A DNA stretch of 64,000 nucleotides from Solirubrobacterales bacterium (GTDB lineage: Bacteria; Actinomycetota; Thermoleophilia; Solirubrobacterales; 70-9), in the NCBI GenBank assembly GCA_035694165.1, contig DASSFS010000040.1, positions 401 through 64,400 of the forward strand. The letters are read 5' to 3'. A program made the translations under genes and the position numbers. Below are positions 44,761-53,938 of the stretch, piece after piece. Numbering within the stretch: position 1 is the stretch's first letter; the number at the start of each line of letters is the position of its first letter. Below the pieces are notes generated by a model. The model was not told the DNA's origin and did not search any database. It saw nothing but the letters and a program-made list of their open reading frames with translations.

Positions 44761-46800
44761 TCAGCTGAGCGCGGGCTGGGCCGAAGGCAGCGCCGCGAGG
44801 ACCCGCTCGGCGACCGACTCGCCGGTCAGCCCCGCCTCGGCCCGCAGCAGCGCCGGCTTGCCGTGGGTGACGTAGCGGTCGGGGAGGCCGACCCGGAGGA
44901 TCCGCGCCCGCTCCCTCGGCCCGTCGGCGAAGGCGTCCTCAAGGTGCTCCAGCACCGCCGAGCCGAAGCCGCCGGGCAGGACGTTCTCCTCGATCGTCAC
45001 CACCAGGTCGTGCTCGCGCGCCAGCCGCTCGGCCAGCTCGCCGTCGATCGGCTTCGCGAAACGGGCGTCGGCGACGGTCACGGCCAGCTCGTGCCCGGCG
45101 AGGATCGCCGCCGCCTCCAGGGCCACGGAGACGCCGTAGCCGTAGCCGAGCAGGGCCACCCGCTCGCCCTCGGCCAGCACCTCGCCGGTCCCGATCGGGA
45201 TCTTCTTCGGCTTCGTCGGAAGCTTCGCCCCCTCGGCCGCACCGCGCGGATACCGCAGGGCCGCCGGCCCGTCGTGGGCGATCGCCGTGTGCAGCATGTG
45301 GACCAGCATCGCCTCGTCGCGCGGCGCCATCACGATCACGTTGGGGATCGGCAGGAAGTAGGAGATGTCGAAGGCGCCGTGGTGGGTCGGGCCGTCGTCG
45401 CCGACCAGGCCCGCCCGGTCCATCACAAAGGTGACGTCGAGCTCCTGCAGGCAGACGTCGTGGATGATCTGGTCGTAGGCGCGCTGGAGGAAGGTCGAGT
45501 AGATCGCACAGACCGGCTTCGCGCCCTGCAGCGCCAGGCCCGAGGCGAGCAGGACCGCGTTCTGCTCGGCGATGCCGACGTCGTAGTACTGGCTCGGGAC
45601 CTCGTCGGCGAGCTTCTGCAGGCCGGTCCCCCCCGCCATCGCCGCGGTGATCCCGATCACCCGCTTGTCGCGCTCGGCCTCGGCGACGATCGCGTCGGCG
45701 AAGACCTGCGTGTACTGCGGCGGCGCCCCGGCCTCGGGCGGCTTCTCGAGAATCTCCGGCGCGATCGCATCGGGCGCGTCGGTTTCGGTCACCGGCACCG
45801 GCTTGGCGGAGGCCGGCTTGCCGTTGACGATCGAGTGAGGCTTGGCGGCGTGCCATTTCTCCATCGACTCCAGGCCGCCCTCTTCGGCCGGGGCGAAGCC
45901 CTTGCCCTTGACGGTGTGGATGTGGACGACGACGGGGCGTTCGGCGTCGAAGGCCTCGCGCAGCGCGTCGCGCAGGGCGTGGACGTCGTGGCCGTCGATC
46001 ACCCCCATGTAGGCGAGGTCGAGCTCCTCGAAGAAGAGCCCGGGCGCCCAGTAGGCCTTGATCGCCGACTTGATCTCCGGTCCGAGCCGCTCGATCCGGC
46101 GCCCCAGCCCCAGCGGCAGCTTCGTCAGCCTGTCCTCGACCCCCTCGCGGGCGTGGAAGAGGCGCGGGTTGAGGCGGATCCGGTTGAAGTAGCGGGAAAG
46201 GGCGCCAACGTTGGGTGAGATCGACATCCCGTTGTCGTTGAGCACGATCACGATCGGGGTCTGCAGGCCGCCGGCCGCGTGCAACGCCTCGTAGGCGACG
46301 CCGCCGGTGAGGGCGCCGTCGCCGATCACTGCGGCGACGCGACCGTCCTCGCCGATCCCCTTGCGCATCGCCTCCTTCAGCCCGACCGCGTAGCCGATCG
46401 AGGTCGAGGCGTGGCCGGCGCCCATGATGTCGTGCTCGGACTCGGCGATCGAGCAGAACGGAGCCAGGCCCTCGTACTGTCGGATCGTCGGCAGCTGCTC
46501 GCGGCGACCGGTGAGGATCTTGTGCGGGTAGGACTGGTGGCCGACGTCCCAGAGCACCTTGTCCCGGGGCGACTCAAGCAGGCTGTGCAGGGCGACCGCC
46601 AGCTCGCAGGTGCCGAGGTTGGCGCCGAAGTGCCCACCGATCTCACCGATCGTGTCGATGATGAATGTGCGCATCTCCTGCGCGACCTGCTGCAGCTGCT
46701 CGTCATCGAGCTCGTGCAGGTCGGCTGGGCCGTCGATCTCGCTCAGCAGTGCCTTCGTGGTGTCGTCTTCGCTGCCCTGGGTGGGGGGCTCTTTGCTCAT
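44761..46800 (-). CDS. dxs: 1-deoxy-D-xylulose-5-phosphate synthase
   Basis: 679 aa. GHQSYPHKILTGRR, GDGALTGG (ThDP motif), transketolase-like Pyr and C-terminal domains. Confidence 0.97.
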   Translation of the reverse strand: MSKEPPTQGSEDDTTKALLSEIDGPADLHELDDEQLQQVAQEMRTFIIDTIGEIGGHFGANLGTCELAVALHSLLESPRDKVLWDVGHQSYPHKILTGRREQLPTIRQYEGLAPFCSIAESEHDIMGAGHASTSIGYAVGLKEAMRKGIGEDGRVAAVIGDGALTGGVAYEALHAAGGLQTPIVIVLNDNGMSISPNVGALSRYFNRIRLNPRLFHAREGVEDRLTKLPLGLGRRIERLGPEIKSAIKAYWAPGLFFEELDLAYMGVIDGHDVHALRDALREAFDAERPVVVHIHTVKGKGFAPAEEGGLESMEKWHAAKPHSIVNGKPASAKPVPVTETDAPDAIAPEILEKPPEAGAPPQYTQVFADAIVAEAERDKRVIGITAAMAGGTGLQKLADEVPSQYYDVGIAEQNAVLLASGLALQGAKPVCAIYSTFLQRAYDQIIHDVCLQELDVTFVMDRAGLVGDDGPTHHGAFDISYFLPIPNVIVMAPRDEAMLVHMLHTAIAHDGPAALRYPRGAAEGAKLPTKPKKIPIGTGEVLAEGERVALLGYGYGVSVALEAAAILAGHELAVTVADARFAKPIDGELAERLAREHDLVVTIEENVLPGGFGSAVLEHLEDAFADGPRERARILRVGLPDRYVTHGKPALLRAEAGLTGESVAERVLAALPSAQPALS

Positions 46801-47678
46801 TCGTTCCTCGTGAAGATGTAGTCGGCCACGCGCCTCAGATCGTCCGTCTCCCCCGCGGCCTCCGCCAGCGCCGCAATCGCCTTGGCGTGGGACTCGGCGG
46901 CCAGTTGGCGGGCTCGGTCGAGCCCGAAAAGGCTGACGTAGGTGAGTTTGCCATGTCGCTCGTCGCTTCCATGTGGCTTGCCGAGCTGCTCGTCGCTCTC
47001 GGTTACGTCGAGGATGTCGTCGACGATCTGGAAGAGAACCCCCAGCTCGCCGGCGAACCGGCGAAAGGGAATTGTCTCAGGTTCTGCCAGTCCCTCAAGT
47101 ATCAGTACGACACCAACGCTGGCGGCGATCAACCGCCCGGTCTTTAGCGCGTGCAGCGCGCGCAGGCCAGCGGCGCCGTCCTCGGCCGCGGTGACGTCGA
47201 CGTACTGGCCGCCGACCATGCCGTCGACGCCGGTGGCGCCGGCCAGCTCTCCCATCGCCGCCAGCACTCGGCCGGGATCGCCGGGCTGCTGACAGAAGAG
47301 GCGCACCGCCTCGGCGAAGAGGCCGTCGCCGGCGAGGATCGCGACGTCCTCGCCGAACTTGACGTGGGAGGTCGGGAGGCCGCGGCGCAGCTCATCGTCG
47401 TCCATCGCCGGCAGGTCGTCGTGGATCAGCGAGTAGGTGTGAATCAGCTCGATCGCGCAGGCGACCGGCAGGAAGCCCTCCGGCTCGGCGCCGAGGGCGC
47501 GGGCGGTCGCGAGGGCGAGGACCGGCCGCACCCGCTTGCCACCAGCGAGCAGCGAGTACCGCATCGCCTCCTCCAGCCCCGCGGTCGGCTCGGCGGCGGA
47601 GAAGCGAAGCCGGTCGAGCGCCCCGTCGACCAGCGAGCGCAGATCCTCGGGGTAGGTCGGCGCCGCAGCGCCGCTCAC
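46797..47678 (-). CDS. ispA: Polyprenyl diphosphate synthase (FPP/GGPP synthase, IspA-like)
   Basis: 293 aa. LIHDDLPAMDDDELRRG (FARM) and FQIVDDILD (SARM). Overlaps the dxs start. Confidence 0.9.
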   Translation of the reverse strand: MSGAAAPTYPEDLRSLVDGALDRLRFSAAEPTAGLEEAMRYSLLAGGKRVRPVLALATARALGAEPEGFLPVACAIELIHTYSLIHDDLPAMDDDELRRGLPTSHVKFGEDVAILAGDGLFAEAVRLFCQQPGDPGRVLAAMGELAGATGVDGMVGGQYVDVTAAEDGAAGLRALHALKTGRLIAASVGVVLILEGLAEPETIPFRRFAGELGVLFQIVDDILDVTESDEQLGKPHGSDERHGKLTYVSLFGLDRARQLAAESHAKAIAALAEAAGETDDLRRVADYIFTRNE

Positions 47679-47851
47679 TCGGCGCTCGCCGCCTCGCGCG
47701 CCTGGCGGTTCGCCTCCTCGACCGCCTCGGCGGAGAGGTCGGCGGCCTCGGTCGCCAGGGCTGCGGCGCGCTCGTCGCCGGTCTCCTCGCTCTCCAATTC
47801 GGCCGAGATCTGGCGCAGTCGCTCGGCGATCTCACGCAGGCGAGTGCTCAT
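47675..47851 (-). CDS. Small acidic helical protein at the xseB position (possible divergent exonuclease VII small subunit)
   Basis: Not in the ORF track (58 codons). Own translation: MSTRLREIAERLRQISAELESEETGDERAAALATEAADLSAEAVEEANRQAREAASAE. ATGA overlap with the nusB stop, GTGA overlap with the ispA-like start, high GC3. Confidence 0.6.
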   Translation of the reverse strand: MSTRLREIAERLRQISAELESEETGDERAAALATEAADLSAEAVEEANRQAREAASAE

Positions 47852-48228
47852 TTGGCCGGCTCCCGTTTGCGCACGATCGCGCCGAGGATGCCGTTGATGA
47901 ATTTGGGAGCGTCGGCCCCGCAGTACTCCTTGGCGATCTCGACCGCCTCGTCGATCGCGACCTCGAAGGGCACCTCGTCGTGCTCGATCTCATACAGCGC
48001 CACCCGCATCACGTTCAGGTCGAGCGGGGCGATCCGGTCGACCGTCCAGCCCTTGGCGAATTCGGCGATCGTCTCGTCGAGCTCTTCGCGCTCGGCGTCG
48101 ACTCCCTCGGCCAGCTCTCGGGTCAGCGGCCGCGCGTCGGCGATCAGCTCCTCCAGCGGGCGGCCGGTGACATCCCGCTGGTAGCTGGCGAAAACGGCAT
48201 CGCGGCGTTGGTCGGAGCGGCGCATCAA
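47848..48228 (-). CDS. nusB: Transcription antitermination factor NusB
   Basis: 126 aa. RRDAVFASYQ...LDLNVMRVALYEI...VAIDEAVEIAKEY...FINGILG. Start is TTG 48228 or ATG 48225. Confidence 0.9.
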   Translation of the reverse strand: MMRRSDQRRDAVFASYQRDVTGRPLEELIADARPLTRELAEGVDAEREELDETIAEFAKGWTVDRIAPLDLNVMRVALYEIEHDEVPFEVAIDEAVEIAKEYCGADAPKFINGILGAIVRKREPAK

Positions 48229-48237
48229 CTCATTCTT

Positions 48238-48732
48238 TCAGCGCAGGATCTCGACCAGCAGCACCCAGGCATTGGCGACGGCGCCGACGATCGCGAAGAC
48301 GATGCCGGCGACGATCCAATACAGGCCGCCCCCTGCCTCGAACAAGACACTGGCTGCGCCGATCACGAACGGCACGGTGCCGGCCAGGCGCAGGGCCCAG
48401 CGGCTCCACACCCAGGCGCGCGGGGGCGTGAAGCTGGCCAGCCCGACAGTCGGGAGCCGGAAGATGACGAGAGCGACCGTGAGGCTGACGAAGAGCAGCT
48501 CGGTGCCGAGCGCGCCGCTGCTCTGGCCCGGGATCAGGCCGACGACGGAGACGAGCAGCACAGCCACCAGCAGCAGGACCGTCTCGAGGGCGCGGTCCGG
48601 CAGCCCGGCTTCGCCGAGGATGCGCTCGATGTTGATCGAGACGGCGACGAAGAGAAGGCCCGCCAGCGCCGCCGAGGCGCCCGCGGTGGCGACGAAGAGG
48701 TCGCTCCACTGGGCCGGGTCGTAGGCGGTCAC
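48238..48732 (-). CDS. Hypothetical polytopic membrane protein
   Basis: 164 aa with 4-5 hydrophobic helices. Lies between efp and nusB. Confidence 0.55.
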   Translation of the reverse strand: MTAYDPAQWSDLFVATAGASAALAGLLFVAVSINIERILGEAGLPDRALETVLLLVAVLLVSVVGLIPGQSSGALGTELLFVSLTVALVIFRLPTVGLASFTPPRAWVWSRWALRLAGTVPFVIGAASVLFEAGGGLYWIVAGIVFAIVGAVANAWVLLVEILR

Positions 48733-48771
48733 GCCGCCATCGTAGGCAGGGGAACGGCGGGCGATGCGGCG

Positions 48772-49332
48772 CTAGGCGCGCGAGAGGTACTCGCCGCTGC
48801 GGGTGTCGACCCGGACCGTTTCGCCCTCCTCGATGAACAGCGGCACCTGGACGACGACGCCGGACTCCAGCGTCGCCGGCTTGTTGCCGCCGCCAGAGGC
48901 GGTGTCGCCCTTGAGGCCGGGGTCGGTCTGAGTGACCTTCATGTCGATCGCGCTCGGGACCTGAACGTCGCTGGGCTGCTCGTCGACGAAGAGGACCTCA
49001 ACCTCGGCGTTGGGCAGGACCCATTTCATCGAGTCACCGAGCGCATCGGTGGGGATTTCGATCTGGTCGTAATCGCGGCTGTCCATGAAGACCGCGGCCT
49101 CACCCGAGTCGTAGAGGTATTGCATCTTTTTGGATTCGGTCCGAACCGGCCGGAACTTCTCCCCCGCGCGGAAGGTTTTGTCGATCACCGAGCCATCCTC
49201 GATCCGGCGCAGTTTGGTCCGCACGAAAGCGCCGCCCTTGCCCGGCTTGACGTGCTGGAACTCGATGATCTTCCAGATCTTGCCGTCGATCTCGATATGG
49301 GTGCCGTTCTTGAACTGGTTAGTGCTGATCAC
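48772..49332 (-). CDS. efp: Elongation factor P
   Basis: GTG at codon 26 of the track ORF: VISTNQFKNGTHIEIDGKIWKIIEFQHVKPGKGGAFVRTKLR (conserved KPGKG loop). Confidence 0.95.
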   Translation of the reverse strand: MISTNQFKNGTHIEIDGKIWKIIEFQHVKPGKGGAFVRTKLRRIEDGSVIDKTFRAGEKFRPVRTESKKMQYLYDSGEAAVFMDSRDYDQIEIPTDALGDSMKWVLPNAEVEVLFVDEQPSDVQVPSAIDMKVTQTDPGLKGDTASGGGNKPATLESGVVVQVPLFIEEGETVRVDTRSGEYLSRA

Positions 49333-49405
49333 GGCGGCGAATCCTAGAGAGCCGGGCCGCCGCGCGCAGATCTCACACTCTGGCTTCCCCTGGCGTTGGT
49401 AGGGC

Positions 49406-50260
49406 ATGGATCGCGAAGATCTCGAGTTCCGCTCAGGCGCGGACCGTTGCGCCGCCTGGCTCTACCCAGCGCGGGGAGAGCGGCGCGAGGGCCCGATCGT
49501 GGTCATGGCACACGGCCTTTCCGGGACGCGGCGCGATGGATTGGGTCCCTTCGCGGAGCGCTTCGCGGCGGCGGGGATCGCGGCGCTGGTTTTCGACCAC
49601 CGCGGCTTTGGTGACAGCGGCGGCGAGCCGGACCTGTTCGATCCGAGGCGACAGCTGGAGGACTGGCGGGCGGCGATCGCCTGCGCCCGCTCGCTGCCGA
49701 ACGTCGACGCCGAGCGAGTGGCGACCTTCGGCTCGTCGATGGGCGGCGGCAACGTTCTCGCGGCCGCGGCGGACGATTCCCGCGTCGCCGCCGCGATCAG
49801 CCAGGTCCCGTTCCTCGACATGTGGCGGCAGGCGTACCGCGCTTCGCCGCTGGTCACTGCCCGGACCCTCCTCGCGGCGATCCAGGGAAAGCACCTGCCG
49901 GCGGTCGGCCAGCCAGACGAGGCGGCGTTCATCAACGCCCCCGGCGGTGAGGCCGGCTGGCGCCACGTCGTCGCCATCGGCGAGGACTCGCGCTGGCGCA
50001 ACCGGGTCTCCTCGCGCTGGTTGCTCGGCGCTCCCTACCGCCCCTCCAGGCTGGCCGCCAAGCTCCACTGTCCCTGGCTGCTCTGCGTCGGCGAGGCCGA
50101 CCGGGTGGCCAGGCCCGCTGCTGCGATCGCCGCCGCCCGGCGCGCCCCACTCGGCGAGCTGCGCACCTATCCCGGCGTCGGTCACTTCGACATCTATGAC
50201 GGCCCCGAGTTCGAGGCCGTGGTTGCCGACGAGGTCGCTTTCCTGCGCCGCCACCTGTGA
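49406..50260 (+). CDS. Alpha/beta hydrolase
   Basis: 284 aa. HGLSG oxyanion region, GSSMGG nucleophile elbow, C-terminal GVGHFD. Confidence 0.8.
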   Translation: MDREDLEFRSGADRCAAWLYPARGERREGPIVVMAHGLSGTRRDGLGPFAERFAAAGIAALVFDHRGFGDSGGEPDLFDPRRQLEDWRAAIACARSLPNVDAERVATFGSSMGGGNVLAAAADDSRVAAAISQVPFLDMWRQAYRASPLVTARTLLAAIQGKHLPAVGQPDEAAFINAPGGEAGWRHVVAIGEDSRWRNRVSSRWLLGAPYRPSRLAAKLHCPWLLCVGEADRVARPAAAIAAARRAPLGELRTYPGVGHFDIYDGPEFEAVVADEVAFLRRHL

Positions 50261-50263
50261 GGA

Positions 50264-52021
50264 TCAAGCGGAGGCCGCGAGGCGGAGAACGGCCTGCTCG
50301 GGGTCGATGAAGATCTCGCCGCGGACGAACTGATCGCCGGCGAGGTCCCAGATCCAGGCCACGGGCATGTCGCGGATCCCGAGTTCTCGACTGCGGGCGT
50401 AGACCCGGCCGCGAACCAGCAGTGAGTTTCCCCGGCGTTCGACCAGGCTCGGAACGATCCGCAGGTCTTCCCACACCTGCTCGACGTCGCGCAGATACTC
50501 GTGCAGGCCGGCGGGCCCGACGTAGGGAGCGGTCCGCCCGACCGCCTCGGCGGTGCCGACCGGGAAAAACTCCAGGCCGTCGTCGCAGACGGCGGCGATC
50601 TGATCGGCGTCGCGGCGGTTGAAACCCTCGAAGAGCCGGTCGACCAGCTCCCTGTCCTCGCTGGAGGCCGGCTCGACGCCGACGGCGGCGGGCCCGACGG
50701 CGAGGATCGCGGCGTCGTCCTCGAGCCTGCCCGAGGTGAAGGCGTGCAGCGCCCCCTCCAGCTTCTGGACGGCGATCGCCGGGCTGGAGAGGTTGGACAG
50801 CTCGGCGTGGAGCCGCCACTCCCCGAACCGACCCTCCTCCCCGGCCGCCTCGATCACCCCATCGGTGACGACGACGAGCTGCTGCCCGGGCCACACCTCG
50901 GTGTGCTCGATCCCCCAGGCGACGTCGGGGAAGGCACCGAGGACCGGCCCAGAGGCCGTCGCCTCGACCACTGAGTCGCCGTCTACCAGCAGCGGCGCCG
51001 GGTGACCCGCGACGGCCAGACGGACCGGTCGCGATGGGTCTTCCTCGATCGCCATCGCGGCGACGCTGCAAAGCGTGGCGCCTTGGCGGGTCAGCAGCTC
51101 GCGGTTGAGGGTTTCCAGAGCGACCACGGGGTCGCCGGTGAGGGCAGCCGCGGTGCGCAGCGTGTAGCGGGCGTGGGCGGTGACGGAGGCCGCCTGGGCA
51201 CCGCGCCCGGTGACGTCGCCGATCACCACCATCCAGCCGCCGGAGATGCGGAAGGCGTCGTAGAAGTCGCCGCCGATCTCGTTCTCGGCCCCCGCCGGTC
51301 GGTACATCGCGGCGACCTGCCAGCCAGGGATGTGCGGGAGCGGCGGCGGCAGCAGGCCCCGCTGCAGCGTCTCGGCGATCTCGGCCCGTTCGCGCTCGCT
51401 GCGCTCGAGGTCCGAGAAGAGGCCGGCGTTGTCGAGGGCAAGGGCCACGCGGCCGGCGAGAATGCTGGCGAAGTGGGCGTCGTTCGGGCGGAAACGGCGG
51501 CCGGAGTGGCTGACGCCGATCGACAGCATCCCGGTCGGCCTCCCTCGCGCTCGCAGCTCGACGGCGACGCCGGAGCGGACTCCGAGCCGCAGCAGGAACT
51601 CGAGGTCCTCCTGATCCCGGGCGATGTCGCGCATGTCGGCCTCGGAAACGCGTTCGAAGAATCGCGGTTCCTGGCGAGCCGCGGTCGCGGCGCTCGCCAT
51701 CCGTTCCTGCAGCGTCGGCGGCCGCGCCGCCAGACCCGCTTCGACCGCCGCCGCGTCGGGCCCATCGGCGCGGACGGCGGCGCGGTGAATGCGATCGTCC
51801 TCGATCACGTCGATCGTGCAGAAGTCACCCAGCTCGGGGACGAGGATCGCCGTGATCGCATCGAGCGTCTCCTCCAGCGATCGACCGCCGTCGGCGACCC
51901 AGGCGAGATCGTCGAGGATCTGGAAGCGCCGACCAGCCTGCCGAGCGCGGCGGTGGAAGACCCAAGCCAGGGCGACCGCCGCGAAGGCGATGGCAACAGC
52001 TCCTATCGCGATCCCAGTCAT
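50264..52021 (-). CDS. Membrane-anchored GAF - PP2C (SpoIIE/RsbU-type) serine phosphatase - NTF2/SnoaL-like fusion protein
   Basis: 585 aa. N-terminal TM, GAF-like region, PP2C block IGGDFYDAF...VVIGDVTGRGAQAA...VVVTDG. C-terminal LFEGFNRRDADQIAAVCDDGLEFF is NTF2-like. Confidence 0.85.
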   Translation of the reverse strand: MTGIAIGAVAIAFAAVALAWVFHRRARQAGRRFQILDDLAWVADGGRSLEETLDAITAILVPELGDFCTIDVIEDDRIHRAAVRADGPDAAAVEAGLAARPPTLQERMASAATAARQEPRFFERVSEADMRDIARDQEDLEFLLRLGVRSGVAVELRARGRPTGMLSIGVSHSGRRFRPNDAHFASILAGRVALALDNAGLFSDLERSERERAEIAETLQRGLLPPPLPHIPGWQVAAMYRPAGAENEIGGDFYDAFRISGGWMVVIGDVTGRGAQAASVTAHARYTLRTAAALTGDPVVALETLNRELLTRQGATLCSVAAMAIEEDPSRPVRLAVAGHPAPLLVDGDSVVEATASGPVLGAFPDVAWGIEHTEVWPGQQLVVVTDGVIEAAGEEGRFGEWRLHAELSNLSSPAIAVQKLEGALHAFTSGRLEDDAAILAVGPAAVGVEPASSEDRELVDRLFEGFNRRDADQIAAVCDDGLEFFPVGTAEAVGRTAPYVGPAGLHEYLRDVEQVWEDLRIVPSLVERRGNSLLVRGRVYARSRELGIRDMPVAWIWDLAGDQFVRGEIFIDPEQAVLRLAASA

Positions 52022-52044
52022 CGCCCTCCTTCCCGGGGGTAGGA

Positions 52045-53847
52045 CTACTTAAAAGAGCGTACCGCTCTGACGGGCATCGCGAAAAAGGTGAAGCGCAGCT
52101 GATCGTCGACGCCCGTGATCGCGATCGTGCGCGCCTGCGGGATCTGCGCGAAGGCCCCCTTGCCGCCGATCCCGTTGCTGCTGCGAAGCATCAGGCCGTC
52201 GGCCGCGGTGCCGGGGATGAGTCGGTAGCTGCGCTGGCCGTTGAGGATCGCGTGGCGGGTGCGGGCGTGGGAGAGGAAGGCCAATAGCCGCTCCAGACCG
52301 CCGACTTCGACGCCGTCGACGCGCGCCCAGACGACTTCACCCGGACCCGGGGCGGGCACGTCGACGGTCTCCCCCGGGCTGGCCTCAACCGAGCCGAGCG
52401 GCCGCGAGCGCCCACAGCGATCCGGGGTCCGCGCCAACACCTGCCAGCGTTCGCTGGCGTGCACGATGGCGAAGTTGCAGAGCGCGGTCCGCGCCTGTTC
52501 GGGCGGGTCCCAACCCGGAAAGCGGCCGTCGATGCCGCGGGTCGGGAACTCGGGATAGACGACGCCGACGTTCTCGCGCAGGATTCGTTCCGGCCCGTCG
52601 GGGCTGAGCAGCGCTTCCGAGTTGATCTGGTCGAGTCGCGCGGTATAGGCGGAGTAGTTCTGGAAGACCGGCAGCGGCCGCCAGTCGAGGTCGTAGGCCC
52701 AGGCGGCGCCGATCTCCCACGGTTCGACCGTCACCGTGTGCCCTCGGAGCGCCGCCAGCGCCTCCGGTTCGAGCTGGTAGATCAACTCCATCGCGGCCCG
52801 GCCCGAGTCGATCAACTCGTGGCGCCGCGAGGAGCTGGCCAGGGTGCGGACCTGGTCCGCAGCGTGCTTGACGTTGGCGATGACGTCGAAATTGTTGGTC
52901 TGGCCGGTCGGACGCACGGGCCAGCCGATCGCGACGATCACGGCGATCCCCGCCAGCAGCCAGTACCAGCGCTCCCGTGCCCAGGGGATCGCGATCCAAA
53001 GGATGCAGGCGGTGGAGAAGAAGAGGCTGAGATGGCCGGCGTCGGTCCTCACCACTCCCTCCTTGAAGACCGTGAAAGCGGCCAGCGCCATCAGCGCGAT
53101 GCCGCACCAGCACGCCCGCGCGTCGCGGTAGCGGCCCTGGGTGCTGGCGAGGACCAGGGCGACGGCGACGCAGGCGGCGGCGATCGTCGCCACCGTCACC
53201 TGCCAGGGCGGGACGTCGGTCGTCGTCACCATCGCGGCGCTGAAGCCGGAGATGATCTCGTAGGTGTTGCGGAGGAAGTTCGGAACCTCGCCGAGGCTCT
53301 GTCCAGTGATCAGCCAGAGCGCCAGCACCTCCAGCCCCAGTAGACCGAGGTAGGCGGCGATCTGCCACCAGCGCGCCCGCAGGCCGATCAGGGCGATCAG
53401 GAAGAAGGCGGCGATCACGGGACCGGCGGAGAACTTGATCAGCACCTCGACCGCCGCAAAGGTCGCCCCGGCGCCGACGATCGCGTAGATCACCCGTTCT
53501 GAGCGCTCCCCCTCCAGCGCCCGCATCGAGAGCAGCAGCGCGACCACGATCGCCTCCTCGACCAGCGGCAGCACGGTGACGATGAGGAAGGCGATCGCGA
53601 CCGCCGGCAGCGGCCCGACCAACCGCCGCAAGGCCCAGACGAGGGTGATGCAGAAGGTGACGAAAAGGCTCGAGAGGTAGGCGAAGGCGAAGATCCCGAG
53701 GTCGGGGTACCAAAGGCCTTGCCCGTTCATGAAGCCCAGCGGCCCGTAGGTGAAGACGATGTCGCTGCCCCACTGCAGGCCGTCGTGGATGGCCATCGAG
53801 AGGCCCCCGTTCCAGCTCGAGTCGAGGCCCACCGAGGGCGGGTTCAT
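52045..53847 (-). CDS. Large polytopic membrane protein with C-terminal extracytoplasmic domain (possible GT-C-type glycosyltransferase; function unknown)
   Basis: 600 aa from the first canonical ATG, about 11 TM segments, about 270-aa soluble C-terminal region. The N-terminus may extend further (see finding at 53848-53946). Confidence 0.65.
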   Translation of the reverse strand: MNPPSVGLDSSWNGGLSMAIHDGLQWGSDIVFTYGPLGFMNGQGLWYPDLGIFAFAYLSSLFVTFCITLVWALRRLVGPLPAVAIAFLIVTVLPLVEEAIVVALLLSMRALEGERSERVIYAIVGAGATFAAVEVLIKFSAGPVIAAFFLIALIGLRARWWQIAAYLGLLGLEVLALWLITGQSLGEVPNFLRNTYEIISGFSAAMVTTTDVPPWQVTVATIAAACVAVALVLASTQGRYRDARACWCGIALMALAAFTVFKEGVVRTDAGHLSLFFSTACILWIAIPWARERWYWLLAGIAVIVAIGWPVRPTGQTNNFDVIANVKHAADQVRTLASSSRRHELIDSGRAAMELIYQLEPEALAALRGHTVTVEPWEIGAAWAYDLDWRPLPVFQNYSAYTARLDQINSEALLSPDGPERILRENVGVVYPEFPTRGIDGRFPGWDPPEQARTALCNFAIVHASERWQVLARTPDRCGRSRPLGSVEASPGETVDVPAPGPGEVVWARVDGVEVGGLERLLAFLSHARTRHAILNGQRSYRLIPGTAADGLMLRSSNGIGGKGAFAQIPQARTIAITGVDDQLRFTFFAMPVRAVRSFK

Positions 53848-53938
53848 CCCGATTTTCCAGCCGAGCAGGGCGACGATCGCGCCCAGCAGCCAGGTCGGCG
53901 GGTGCCGTACCGCGCCCTCCAGCCGTCGCCGGAGCGAA

